Below the pieces are notes generated by a model. The model was given only the letters and a program-made list of their open reading frames with translations, ran no database searches and was not told where the DNA came from. From the UHGV virus genome UHGV-0107855: a DNA stretch of 45,380 nt, one strand, 5' to 3'. Made by a program: the position numbers and the translations under genes. Positions 19,525 to 28,378 of this stretch are shown here, one piece after another. The stretch comes from a virus. The first letter of the stretch is position 1. Every line of letters begins with the position of its first letter.

Positions 19525-21103
19525 ATTCCAAATCTCCGTTTCGTGACCGCAATCGGAAACTCTTCAATCTCACTCGCCCACAGGCACGAGCCTTTTCCGT
19601 TAATCTGTTCCCAGATAAGTGGAAACCCGCCGATACCGTCAAACAGGCTTGCCATAGTGCCAACATGACCGAGCTGCATACACAACCGATAAAGCACAAA
19701 TCGCCAGGGTGGGAGTGCGATAGAGTTACCGAGCGCCTTGTATCGTGCCGCGTCACTGCTTTCCTTGTGGCGTTTGCCTTTTGTGTCTACCCATTCGCCG
19801 ATATCCGTCCAGCCGTCCGGGTAGCCTTGTAGGCGTTCGCATTCGAGCGGGGTAAGGCGGCGGACAGTTGGTGTGCTGATTACGCGCCCAAATGTATCAC
19901 AACGTCCTACGCCCTTATAATCCCTTGCACACAGTGTGCTCGTTTGCTCTTTTCCGTCTAATGTGGTCGGAGTAATAATCGCCATCGGGTCGTGCATACA
20001 GTTCAGCGTCTGGCAAACGTCCGGTGTTAAGTGGTTGGCAATATCGCCTTGTCCATTACCAATGCAAATCGGTACATTGTTTCCACCAGTTCCCATTCTT
20101 GCAGTCAGAGCAGGTGCAGTCCCGTCATAAATCCGTACTGCCTCGGAGCGGTGCTGTATGTCGTAGCAGGTGTCATTGACCAAAATTGTACGTCCTGCTC
20201 CGGTGGCTCCCGATGTATGGCAAGGGTCTCCAAGTTGCGGATTGCTGGCATTCGTCTTGCTGGTAATGGTTTCCTCATTATATACAACTGCCGGTCTATC
20301 AACCGTATTCAGCGTGTAGCTCTGATCTTCGCGCCATCCCTTACCGTTGCACCCTGCGGTTTCTGCGCGGTCTATTCCGTTGCCTTGCAGGCAGAACACC
20401 GTCTGATCGTTACCAGTTCCCAGTGTTCCGCTTTTCTCCGTCTGCACTAAAGCGCCTTTTCCGCCTCCGTCGCATCCGCCTCGGATTCGGACTGCATAAG
20501 CAGCGCCATTTTCAGCTTCTCCGGCAGGTCTTTCCCTCTCCGTTCCGCTCTCCGCAAAATCCCCAAACAGGCTTTTGCGCTCAAACAGTATTTCGGCAGC
20601 GGTGCAGCCTCTAAAATCTGCGACAAGCGCGATTCTACGGCGACGTTGGGGCACTCCCCAGTATTGAGCGTCGAGAGTTCTCCAAGCAACGCTCCATCGT
20701 CCGTCCACGTCGCGGTACCCCCCCATGTCGGCCATCCCTTGCCAGGTACTTCAATATCGGGGGCTTCCGGTTCGACAATGCGGATTGTTTCTTCGAGGAC
20801 GGCCGCAAAGTCCTGCCCTTTGTTGCTACTGAATGCTCCGGGCACGTTTTCCCAGACCATAAATCGAGGGTAAGCTGCTCCACTTGCTTCTCTCATCTCC
20901 TTAACAAGTCGTATTTGCTCCATAAACAGACCGGAACGAGCACCCGCCAGACCGGCACGCTTGCCCGCAATGCTCAAATCCTGACACGGCGAACCGCCTA
21001 TAATGCAGTCAACCCACGGTGCTGTGCGTCCGTCTATTTTGGTAATGTCACCGAGGTGTCTCATACGCCCCACTGCGGCGTTCAAAATTTCATCACTGAC
21101 CAT
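19521..21103 (-). pseudogene. C5-cytosine DNA methyltransferase main (alpha) chain, frameshifted at a G7 tract (20718-20724); probably phase-variable OFF state
   Basis: The N-part has GGSPCQD and ENV. The C-part, in another frame, has QRRRR, RRLTPLECERLQG, GNS and SLFDGIGG. One extra G joins them into 527 aa. Confidence 0.85.
20447..20883 (-). pseudogene. Overlapping alternative-frame (EcoHK31I beta-like) MTase subunit, broken by the same G7 tract
   Basis: GTG 20883 with RBS aaggag; with G8 it reads MEQLTLDL..HGGG-TATW..SRLSQILE..KYCLSAKACLGILRRAERRGKDLP (145 aa). Confidence 0.7.
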
Positions 21104-21470
21104 CCTCATCCGCTCCCAAAATCTCAACCACAATCCTCGGATTTTTCGCGTCCACCTCAAAGTGATCTTCAAACCCTCTGATATTCTTCCATCCGTCGTT
21201 CGACAAATACCTCGCTTTCACCAACGCATCTTGAATCACCTTTCTGCCGAACGCGCAGATATTATCCTTGTCCCGCCGTCGGTCTTTCTCGTACCAGTAA
21301 TAAATCATATACACCGGCTCCTCAAACTCCACGTTTCCGAGCTGTCTTGCCGCGTGCATCACAACGGTTTCGCACTTCTTCTTGAGTTGTGCGCCTAAGT
21401 ACCGGTTGCGCCGTTCCGCCTCTATCAACTCATTCAGTCCCGGCAGCGGGCCTTTGATTACAAATTTCAT
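21093..21470 (-). CDS. rusA: RusA-like Holliday junction resolvase
   Basis: LPGLNE..RRRDKDNI..KVIQDALV..NDG..PRIVVEI. Confidence 0.8.
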   Translation of the reverse strand: MKFVIKGPLPGLNELIEAERRNRYLGAQLKKKCETVVMHAARQLGNVEFEEPVYMIYYWYEKDRRRDKDNICAFGRKVIQDALVKARYLSNDGWKNIRGFEDHFEVDAKNPRIVVEILGADEDGQ

Positions 21471-22192
21471 CTTTCACCTCTGCTGGCTTTCACTCGTGCC
21501 GCCCACTCACTTTCCCAGTCACTGGCGGCGGGCGCACCGTCAAACATCGGCGCATCCGTTTTGGTTTTCTTCGGCTTGTCTCCGATTCTGTCCCAAATGA
21601 TACCCTTCCAACCTTGCGACATACTCAGCCGTATAACCTCGGCTACTGCCTGTTCGCCGTTCTGCTTTACGCGGTTCTCTATCATCGTGAGAAGGTTTCT
21701 GAGACCAGTTGGCTCGTATGCATCCCTGCGCTCCTTCTTGTATCTAATCCAATCTTGAACCGCCGAACATACCGGCTCCGAGAATCGCTCTGTTAGGTCG
21801 AGTTTCTTATCGGCTTCTTGGACTTTGGGCTTCGGTTTAGGCTTCGGCGAACATTTTGCCGGTGTCGTCACTTCGTCGCGTTCGGTGCTCTGGTACTCGT
21901 CGTACTTGCTGACCGTGATAACTGTATAGTGCCGATTGGTTTCCACCGTGATTTCGCCGGTCTTTTTCAGCTTGCCGAGTGCCGTCCGTACCTGCTGCAC
22001 AGACAGTCCACTTTCCGCCGAGAGTGCCACGTAACTTGTTGCAAACGCACCACGCGGTATTTCTATCCCCTGCCACTCACAAGCCTTGTAATTGGCTCTC
22101 AGCAGGACGTGCAGCCATAGCTTGCAGGTGGGGAGGTCTTTGTACCATCCCCATTCCAGCATCCCGCGGTGCAGTTTAATGTGCCCGTTCAT
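21467..22192 (-). CDS. Replisome organiser / replication initiator
   Basis: GHIKLHR..W.WY..LLRAN..RG..ATS..LS..SGLSVQQVRTAL winged helix; C-terminal W..YKKER..SMSQGWKGI. Confidence 0.8.
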   Translation of the reverse strand: MNGHIKLHRGMLEWGWYKDLPTCKLWLHVLLRANYKACEWQGIEIPRGAFATSYVALSAESGLSVQQVRTALGKLKKTGEITVETNRHYTVITVSKYDEYQSTERDEVTTPAKCSPKPKPKPKVQEADKKLDLTERFSEPVCSAVQDWIRYKKERRDAYEPTGLRNLLTMIENRVKQNGEQAVAEVIRLSMSQGWKGIIWDRIGDKPKKTKTDAPMFDGAPAASDWESEWAARVKASRGER

Positions 22193-22203
22193 TTCCCATC
22201 ACC

Positions 22204-22593
22204 TCAGAACGGAACGTCCGAATCTTCCTCCGGCATATCCGCAAAATCGCTGTTCTCCTTCGGCTTGCCTTCGTTCTTGCCTCCGCAGAAGTCGATGCTT
22301 TCGCACTGCACTTCCCACGAGCGGCGCTTATTGCCGTTCTTGTCCTGCCAGTCGCGGCTTTCCAAACGGCCGGATACAATGCACATATCGCCCTTGTGGA
22401 ACCATGTGCTTGCGTGCTCTGCCAGCTTACCCCACAGGCAGATATCTACAAAATCACTCTGATACTGTCCGTCCGTGTCCTTGCGGCTTCTCTGTACGGC
22501 AAGCGTACCGCCTGCAACCGGCGTGTTGCTCTGCGTGTATCTCAGCTCCAAATCCTTGGTATGCCGTCCCTGTAAGATGATCTTATTCAGCAT
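22204..22593 (-). CDS. ssb: Single-stranded DNA-binding protein
   Basis: MLNKIILQGR..ELRYT..KG..VSGRLESR; acidic tail ending DVPF. Confidence 0.92.
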   Translation of the reverse strand: MLNKIILQGRHTKDLELRYTQSNTPVAGGTLAVQRSRKDTDGQYQSDFVDICLWGKLAEHASTWFHKGDMCIVSGRLESRDWQDKNGNKRRSWEVQCESIDFCGGKNEGKPKENSDFADMPEEDSDVPF

Positions 22594-22765
22594 AATTGCA
22601 AATCTCCTTCGTGATATAGCTTTTGAGTTCCTCCGGCGTGTAGAACACACGCGAACCGATGCGCACACAGCGGATATTTCCCGCATTTCGGATTTCGTCC
22701 AGTGTGTCCACGCTGATGTTCAGCGCATCCGCCGCCTCCTTACGTGTCAGCAACAGCTTTTCCAT
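22583..22765 (-). CDS. Excisionase-like HTH protein
   Basis: LLLTRKEAADALNISVDTL..IGSRVFY. Confidence 0.75.
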   Translation of the reverse strand: MEKLLLTRKEAADALNISVDTLDEIRNAGNIRCVRIGSRVFYTPEELKSYITKEICNYAE

Positions 22766-23071
22766 TTATCGTCCCGTCCCTTTCGTATACTTCTGGTTTT
22801 CCTCACTCCACAGCGGATAAATGCTTTGCAGGTACTCCCGCATTTCCCGCTTGATTTCCTTGCCGTCACCCTGATCTGCCTCTCTGTGACACTCCGGGCA
22901 CAGCATGACTAAATTCGTCGGAATGCCCATGCCTCCGCGTGCCCTCGATACAAAATGGCACGCTTGCAGCACGCCGCCTTTCCCGCAGTGGCGGCAAATA
23001 CCGCCATCCCGGTCAAAGCATTCCTTCCATACCGCCGGGCTAATGCCGGTAAACTTGGTCTGCCGTCTCAT
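22766..23071 (-). CDS. HNH / NinG-like nuclease
   Basis: RDGGICRHCG..HFVSRARGG..NLVMLCPECH. Confidence 0.8.
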   Translation of the reverse strand: MRRQTKFTGISPAVWKECFDRDGGICRHCGKGGVLQACHFVSRARGGMGIPTNLVMLCPECHREADQGDGKEIKREMREYLQSIYPLWSEENQKYTKGTGR

Positions 23072-23235
23072 TCTTCCATGTCCTTTCTCGCCGCGCGTTC
23101 CAGTCTGCGCTTTGCCCTTCGCCTGTAGTCCTTCTTCATCTTCGCCCATCCGCTGTGATTTCGTGCCCAGCAGGCGAAGCGATAGCCTATTTTCCAGTCC
23201 GTTGGTACAAAGCGTTTGTATGTCGTAAACCTCAT
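23068..23235 (-). CDS. Small basic hypothetical protein
   Basis: MRFTTYKRF..; overlaps both neighbours by 4 nt. Confidence 0.5.
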   Translation of the reverse strand: MRFTTYKRFVPTDWKIGYRFACWARNHSGWAKMKKDYRRRAKRRLERAARKDMEE

Positions 23236-23783
23236 ACGCAACGTTCCTTTCTTCCGGTTTCCCACTCGTCTTTCAACTCGCTTAACAGGCTGGGTGGCGC
23301 GGTTTCCACTCCGGCGTTTTTGCAATCCTGAATGCAGTTGTCAATCAGCTGGGACATTTGTCGCTTGTCAAAATCGCTTGAACCATAATACGCAAGCACT
23401 GTTGTGCAACCGTTGATTTTCGATGCTCTGGTTTCAATAAATCTTCCAATATGGTTGCTCGTCCACTTTTGACCGAAACTCGCTACTGCCTGTGTCTGCA
23501 TACACAGTACTTCATAGTTGCCAATGTCTTTGATATGTCGTCTGTAAATGCACTCCGGTGGTTCACCCATGGCCTTAGCCAGTTTTCCGCACAGCGCCCA
23601 GTACATCGCATTTGCGTCAAGGTCTCGTCTTTCCTGCTTAGGCGCGATCTTGGCGGTATACACCTTACCATCTTTGAGTTTTTCGCACTCAACTCGTGCC
23701 ATAGGTGCATTGCTGATGTGAAGACACAACCAATTTCCGAGATCGTTGTGTATTACCTGCGCATGATCAAACTCATGCGTCAT
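23232..23783 (-). CDS. NinB/Orf-like recombination accessory protein
   Basis: RDLDANAMYWALCGKLA..GSSDFDKRQMSQLID..C..AGVET. Confidence 0.7.
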   Translation of the reverse strand: MTHEFDHAQVIHNDLGNWLCLHISNAPMARVECEKLKDGKVYTAKIAPKQERRDLDANAMYWALCGKLAKAMGEPPECIYRRHIKDIGNYEVLCMQTQAVASFGQKWTSNHIGRFIETRASKINGCTTVLAYYGSSDFDKRQMSQLIDNCIQDCKNAGVETAPPSLLSELKDEWETGRKERCV

Positions 23784-24646
23784 GGCATAGCCTCCATTGC
23801 CTTCTGATGGTCTTTATCGTCCATCTTCTTGTTCAGCTCTACCATCAATGCGCCGAAATCATTCATTTTCAGTTTCGGAAGATCATCCAGCGGAAAACCG
23901 ATGGTTTCTTCAAACTGCTTTTTCGTGGTTGCGCCCAGCGCTTTTGCAATCTTCTTAATGGTGGTTGTTTCCACCTCACCAATCACATCTTCTGGCGGCT
24001 TTTGCAGCGCCAGCTCCCGCTCGATTTTTTTAAGCGCAAAATGATATTCGTCATACGTTACCTCGGACGTAGTACGGCAGCCGGTAAGTCGCATAAGGTG
24101 TTCTTGTGCCTTGTCATTGCCGTAGACCTGTTGTAGCCTGTGCGCAAATGCCTGACAATCGCGTTTAATCAGCTTATCCGTACCTGCCCGCTCGGCTTCT
24201 CCAGAATACTTAGTCTGATCTTCTCGCACGCTATCATCGTTCCAGTATACATCTGCGCCAACGCCGAGCATCTTTGCAGCAACCGAGATAGCGTCAGTAT
24301 ATGCCATCTTCCAGCATTCGTCTGATACCTGCGGGCCGTTTCTGGTCTGCGAAACAAACTGACTGCCGCCCGTGCCTGGAATAGCGTCAGACCATTCGCC
24401 TTCCACCTTGACAAACAGATTGATATTGCAGAATGCACACACAACGCCGTCATGCGTTTCAAGCCACTGTTTGACAATCTCGGTTTTCCAGCCCATGCCG
24501 CACGGCCCGAATTGCTCCGTCAGCGCCTTAATTCGCCACATGGGGTTAATGTCGGTAAAACCTTTCAGCTTTCCAGCCTGAATCTCCTTTTTGGCTGTCT
24601 GCGGCACTGTGCGCAGCGCATTATACAGCGTCAGATTGTCACTCAT
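23780..24646 (-). CDS. Rad52/Sak-like single-strand annealing recombinase
   Basis: DINPMWRIKALTEQFGPCGMGW..DECWKMAYTDAISVAAKMLGVGADVY. Confidence 0.75.
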   Translation of the reverse strand: MSDNLTLYNALRTVPQTAKKEIQAGKLKGFTDINPMWRIKALTEQFGPCGMGWKTEIVKQWLETHDGVVCAFCNINLFVKVEGEWSDAIPGTGGSQFVSQTRNGPQVSDECWKMAYTDAISVAAKMLGVGADVYWNDDSVREDQTKYSGEAERAGTDKLIKRDCQAFAHRLQQVYGNDKAQEHLMRLTGCRTTSEVTYDEYHFALKKIERELALQKPPEDVIGEVETTTIKKIAKALGATTKKQFEETIGFPLDDLPKLKMNDFGALMVELNKKMDDKDHQKAMEAMP

Positions 24647-24861
24647 TCTTCATCCTCCTGCTCAAAGTCATAAACCGCCATTCTCAAATCATCGAGAAAG
24701 CTCTTGATTTCCTGCGGAAACAAATCCGTGTAATCTTCCAGATACAAGCCAATAGCAGTCTCGGCTTCCCACATATCCTGCAACCGGTTAAGTCGCTCCT
24801 GATCTGCCCTCTCCGGCGGCTCTAACGCCCGCTCGGGGCATCCGGTGATAGTATCACGCAT
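24643..24861 (-). CDS. Hypothetical acidic protein
   Basis: RBS ggagg; coupled to its neighbours. Confidence 0.6.
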   Translation of the reverse strand: MRDTITGCPERALEPPERADQERLNRLQDMWEAETAIGLYLEDYTDLFPQEIKSFLDDLRMAVYDFEQEDEE

Positions 24862-25117
24862 TGCGCAGTGCCTCCAAAACGTCCTCGTCATGCACGATTT
24901 CCGTTTTTCCGTCTTTCGTTTTCGCCCATGCCTCATCACCAATGCGGGTATAATATTCCTTTGCTCCAGTGATCTTTTTGTCTTCGACATTCATCAGCCA
25001 AACCGAAGCGGTATATCCCAGTGTAGAAACATTCATGTCAATGCCTGTATCCGCTTCGCTGTCCTGTTTTTCAAGAACCAGATCAAGCAGGCTGTGAAAC
25101 AGCTTCTTGTCTTTCAT
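24854..25117 (-). CDS. Hypothetical protein
   Basis: 87-aa ORF in the operon, TAATG-coupled. Confidence 0.65.
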   Translation of the reverse strand: MKDKKLFHSLLDLVLEKQDSEADTGIDMNVSTLGYTASVWLMNVEDKKITGAKEYYTRIGDEAWAKTKDGKTEIVHDEDVLEALRNA

Positions 25118-26079
25118 TATTCATCCACCTCTATAATCGCGCCGTTTTTCAGCATATAAAACGTATCCGCTTTGATGGTTTCTCCATCTACGCAAACAGC
25201 CTGAACGCCTAAAATGTGCATTTTTTCATCACGTTCCGTGAGCACCAGCCAACAGCCGACAGCACCTTTCGCTTTGCTGCCATACCCGGTAACGACCGCA
25301 ATGCTTTCCGCTCCTCCAACCGTAGCGGCGCTCCAGTTGCCCGTGTTTGTGGCGGCGCTCCGGTCGCCTGTGTTTGTGGCGGCGCTCCAGTTGCCCGTGT
25401 TTGTGGCGGCGCTCCGGTCGCCTGTGTTTGTGGCGGCGCTCTGTTCGCCCGTGTTTGTGGCGGCGCTCCGGGCGCCCGTGTTTGTGGCGGCGCTCTGGTA
25501 GCCTGTGTTCGTGGCGGCGCTCTGGTTGCCCGTGTTTGTGGCGGCGCTCTGGTTGCCCGTATTTGTGGCGGCGCTCTGGTTGCCCGTATTTGTGGCGGCG
25601 CTCTGGTAGCCTGTGTTTGTGGCGGCGCTCCGGGCGCCCGTGTTCGTGGCGGCGCTCTGGTTGCCCGTGTTCATGGCGGCGCTCCGGTCGCCCGTGTTTG
25701 TGGCGGCGCTCCAGTCGCCTGTGTTTGTGGCGGCGCTCTGGTCGCCTGTGTTACTCTCTTTCGCGCTCTTAAAATCCACTTTTTCCAGAATGAACTTCAC
25801 GCCAGCCTAAATCATCCCTGAAAGGCCAATCTCTGTTTCAATCTTTATTTTTTTGCCAACCCGCTTGCTGTCCTCCTCAGTCTGCTCGTTAGTATCCAAA
25901 TCTACCTCGCAGTAACGCGAATCTGCCGGGTTGTAGTATCCGAATACGTCCATCGGGTTCTCGCAGGCGTGGAAACCCTTATGGCAAATATCCGCCGTGT
26001 TTTCCTCGTACTCTTTGCCGATTTCGTACTGAAAACCACGGCATTTCAAGTCCTTGTCAAAGCCTTTGTAGCATTTCAC
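25117..26079 (-). pseudogene. Repeat-containing phage protein (YKGF..CRGFQYE.G..GFHAC N-domain plus SAATNTG repeats) split by one in-frame TAG
   Basis: ..GLSGMI*AGVKFILEKV..; stop at 25807-25809, same frame on both sides. Confidence 0.75.
25321..25752 (-). repeat. 16 x 27-bp coding tandem repeat (NTGxxSAAT)
   Basis: Counted from the translation; variation is almost confined to two codons per unit. Confidence 0.9.
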
Positions 26080-26166
26080 TTGCTTTTTCTCCTCTCCGGT
26101 GCTATAATCACCGTAAACCTATTTTTCTTTGCCGCTGTTCGGATTGCCGTCCGTCAGCGGCTTTTC

Positions 26167-26448
26167 TCATGCCTGCAGGTATTCCAGCTCACCGCTGAGC
26201 GGTGCGAAACACTGTGGGAACACATTGCCATAAGCATCCCGCAGGAGCAGGAACCGCCATCCCATGCGATCTACTGTCCAGACGCGCTCCATGCACTCAG
26301 CGTGCACCGTGATGCGCTGCTGAATCCATTTCAGCTCATCCAGTGAACAAACCTCGTTGTCCCTGAAATCTAAGCCGTCCTTCTTCCGCGGTGCAAACCG
26401 CAGCACCCGCGCCGTGTCAATCGGCGTACCATTGATTTTCACAATCAT
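26167..26448 (-). CDS. Hypothetical protein
   Basis: RBS ggaggtg; in the early operon. Confidence 0.65.
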   Translation of the reverse strand: MIVKINGTPIDTARVLRFAPRKKDGLDFRDNEVCSLDELKWIQQRITVHAECMERVWTVDRMGWRFLLLRDAYGNVFPQCFAPLSGELEYLQA

Positions 26449-26452
26449 GTCA

Positions 26453-26704
26453 TCACCTCCACTCCGTCCAGAAACAACCCTCGCCGATGCCGCAAGTACG
26501 GCTCATGAGAGCCGGCTCGCCGTCCTCGCCCTCGAAGATTTTGTCCTCGAAAGAATACTCCGGCTTGTCCTCGGTGCCGAACCATCCCTCGCCCTCGCAG
26601 GTTTCCGGGTTGTACTGGGTGAAGTACCAGCCTAACCCCTGCGGGACTTCTCGCTTGTCCCAGTCTGGCAAGCTAAACTGCCGGAAATATTCATGCTTTG
26701 TCAT
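26453..26704 (-). CDS. Hypothetical acidic, aromatic-rich protein
   Basis: 83 aa; coupled to the upstream ORF. Confidence 0.65.
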   Translation of the reverse strand: MTKHEYFRQFSLPDWDKREVPQGLGWYFTQYNPETCEGEGWFGTEDKPEYSFEDKIFEGEDGEPALMSRTCGIGEGCFWTEWR

Positions 26705-26844
26705 TTTCGTTCCTCCGTTCTCATGCTGATCTTCTTTGCGCTCTCGCGCATCTGCAGGCCGTACTTAGCCGCCGTCATCGCCTTGCCGATAACCCGGCGC
26801 TGCATGTCTTTGACTTTCAGCGTTTTCCTTCTTGCTTCCGTCAT
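26701..26844 (-). CDS. Small basic hypothetical protein
   Basis: MTEARRKTLKVKD..; RBS gaggggag. Confidence 0.5.
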   Translation of the reverse strand: MTEARRKTLKVKDMQRRVIGKAMTAAKYGLQMRESAKKISMRTEERK

Positions 26845-26860
26845 ATCCTGTTTTCTCCCC

Positions 26861-27058
26861 TCAGCGATATCTCTGCCGGTGCTCATAGGCCGCAAGCAGC
26901 ACGCTTTCCCTTGCGGCTACAAATCCGACTGCCAGCAGCGCCAGCATGATAGCCGCACCGCTGAACAGGTCAATGCGGCCATTCTCAGTCATGCCACCAG
27001 AGAGCAGGACACCGAGGAAACACATTCCTGCAAGCCAGCCACAGCGTTTGTAGGTCAT
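26861..27058 (-). CDS. Small two-TM membrane protein
   Basis: Two hydrophobic stretches; RBS aagggg. Confidence 0.6.
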   Translation of the reverse strand: MTYKRCGWLAGMCFLGVLLSGGMTENGRIDLFSGAAIMLALLAVGFVAARESVLLAAYEHRQRYR

Positions 27059-27104
27059 TTTCAATCCCCTTTCGCAGTTTCTTGTAACCCTCGAACGTAG
27101 TGAG

Positions 27105-27600
27105 AGGGTTATTCTTTTCTTTCTTTCTTAGAAAGTTAAATTTATATATATTCGACCGTAGGGAGAATATATATACTTCTTTTCTTTCTTTGTTACTTTC
27201 TTTCTTAAGCCTCGGTGTGTTATCTGTGTGTTATCGGTCTGTTATCGGTCTGTTGCTTTGTGTGTTGATGGTCTGTTGCTAGAGTGTTAGCTAACGCCGT
27301 TTTACGTTTCCCGCTCGACGCTTTGCAATGTCACTTGCAATATCACCGAGGTAGTAAACTACCCGCCGCTCTCCTTCAACTCGCGGTGCGCCGATAACGT
27401 CCTTTGCCGACCGTTTATCCCGAAATCCGTATACTTTAGCCGCCTGTTCAAGCGTTAAAAGTACGGCTCCCGGAAAGAGCTGTTCAAGGTCGTTTTTGAC
27501 CTCCTGCCGCAGCGCTTTGTATGTCCGTTCCTCCAATTTCAGCCCTCCGTTCTGTGTGTTAGTTGCCTGTTAGCAGACTGTTAGCAGACTGTTAGATGTG
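27105..27600. repeat. Putative replication origin: two clusters of about 11-bp iterons plus an AT-rich segment
   Basis: ..TGTT(A/G).. repeats with about 11-bp period at 27214-27292 and 27552-27596 (cagactgttag x2, ggtctgtt x3); AT-rich 27110-27210. Confidence 0.6.
27291..27536 (-). CDS. HTH DNA-binding protein (excisionase-like)
   Basis: LLTLEQAAKVYG..VYYLGDIA; TTG start with RBS ggaggg. Confidence 0.65.
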   Translation of the reverse strand: MEERTYKALRQEVKNDLEQLFPGAVLLTLEQAAKVYGFRDKRSAKDVIGAPRVEGERRVVYYLGDIASDIAKRRAGNVKRR

Positions 27601-27671
27601 CGCTGGTTTTCCGCTGCAACTCCGTGCCGTGCTTTGTCGTTCGCAGCCCTTGCGCTTACACGCTCAAATGT

Positions 27672-27700
27672 TTGCTTTCTTATGCATAAAGTGGTATAAT
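27672..27700 (+). promoter_or_regulatory. Strong sigma70/A promoter opposing the early lytic transcript
   Basis: TTGCTT-17 bp-TATAAT with an extended TG. Confidence 0.75.
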
Positions 27701-28029
27701 GCAAATACCCGATATGGGTAATTCGATATAAGGGAGGTCATCACCTTGACCAAACTTTTGAATTACCCCGCACCGTGAGTTTGCACTCGTGCCTGCGTAC
27801 CCACCGCCGCTGGGATAGCGTAAAAATCCTTGTGGTTACGGTAGTCTTGTACGCCTGCAAAACTGTATTTGCGTGGGTCTCCTGCTGCTGTCATCAGCAC
27901 AAGAAATACAATGCGTCACAGAAGCGCTGCTGCAACAGTGCCCGAAAGGTGCAACGCATTCGCGGTAAACATTTGGCTGTTATAAACTCGGTTTGCAGGC
28001 CGGGTTTATTTCACCGCGGGAACTCAACT

Positions 28030-28230
28030 TTAAGTTGATGCGAAGCACAAAAAAATTTCACCTACCGGAATGCCGGTAATCTCAGCAATCTGCTTTGCCT
28101 GTGCAACAGTTGCTTCCTCTGGGTCTTTCTCGATTTTGCGGTAAGTATCACGAGAAATGCCCATTTTTTCTGCCATTTCCACCTGTTTAAGCCCAGCTGC
28201 GATACGCGCTAACTTTACTGTGTACATCAT
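28030..28230 (-). CDS. Cro-like XRE HTH regulator
   Basis: LARIAAGLKQVEMAEKMGISRDTYRKIE; divergent from cI. Confidence 0.85.
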   Translation of the reverse strand: MMYTVKLARIAAGLKQVEMAEKMGISRDTYRKIEKDPEEATVAQAKQIAEITGIPVGEIFLCFAST

Positions 28231-28262
28231 TTTTTTCTTCACCTCCTCGCTTCTGTGATTAT

Positions 28263-28352
28263 AGTATACTCCACTTTAAGTTGAGTGTCAAGAACTTTAA
28301 GTTGATTTTTTTATGTTTTTCTATTGCAATGCTCAGCCTGCAATGATATACT
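28263..28352. promoter_or_regulatory. Lysis/lysogeny switch: divergent promoters and operators
   Basis: Minus TTGACA(28291)-17-TATACT; plus TTGCAA(28324)-17-TATACT; operator ACTTTAAGTTGA at 28273 and 28294, third copy at 28027. Confidence 0.85.
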
Positions 28353-28378
28353 ATATTCAAACAAGAGGGGGTGATAAA

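Noticed and set aside
25807..25809. Genome-wide TAG recoding
   Set aside because: TAG terminates normal genes here (e.g. 12890-12892, 13892-13894), other genes are intact under code 11, and no suppressor tRNA is seen.
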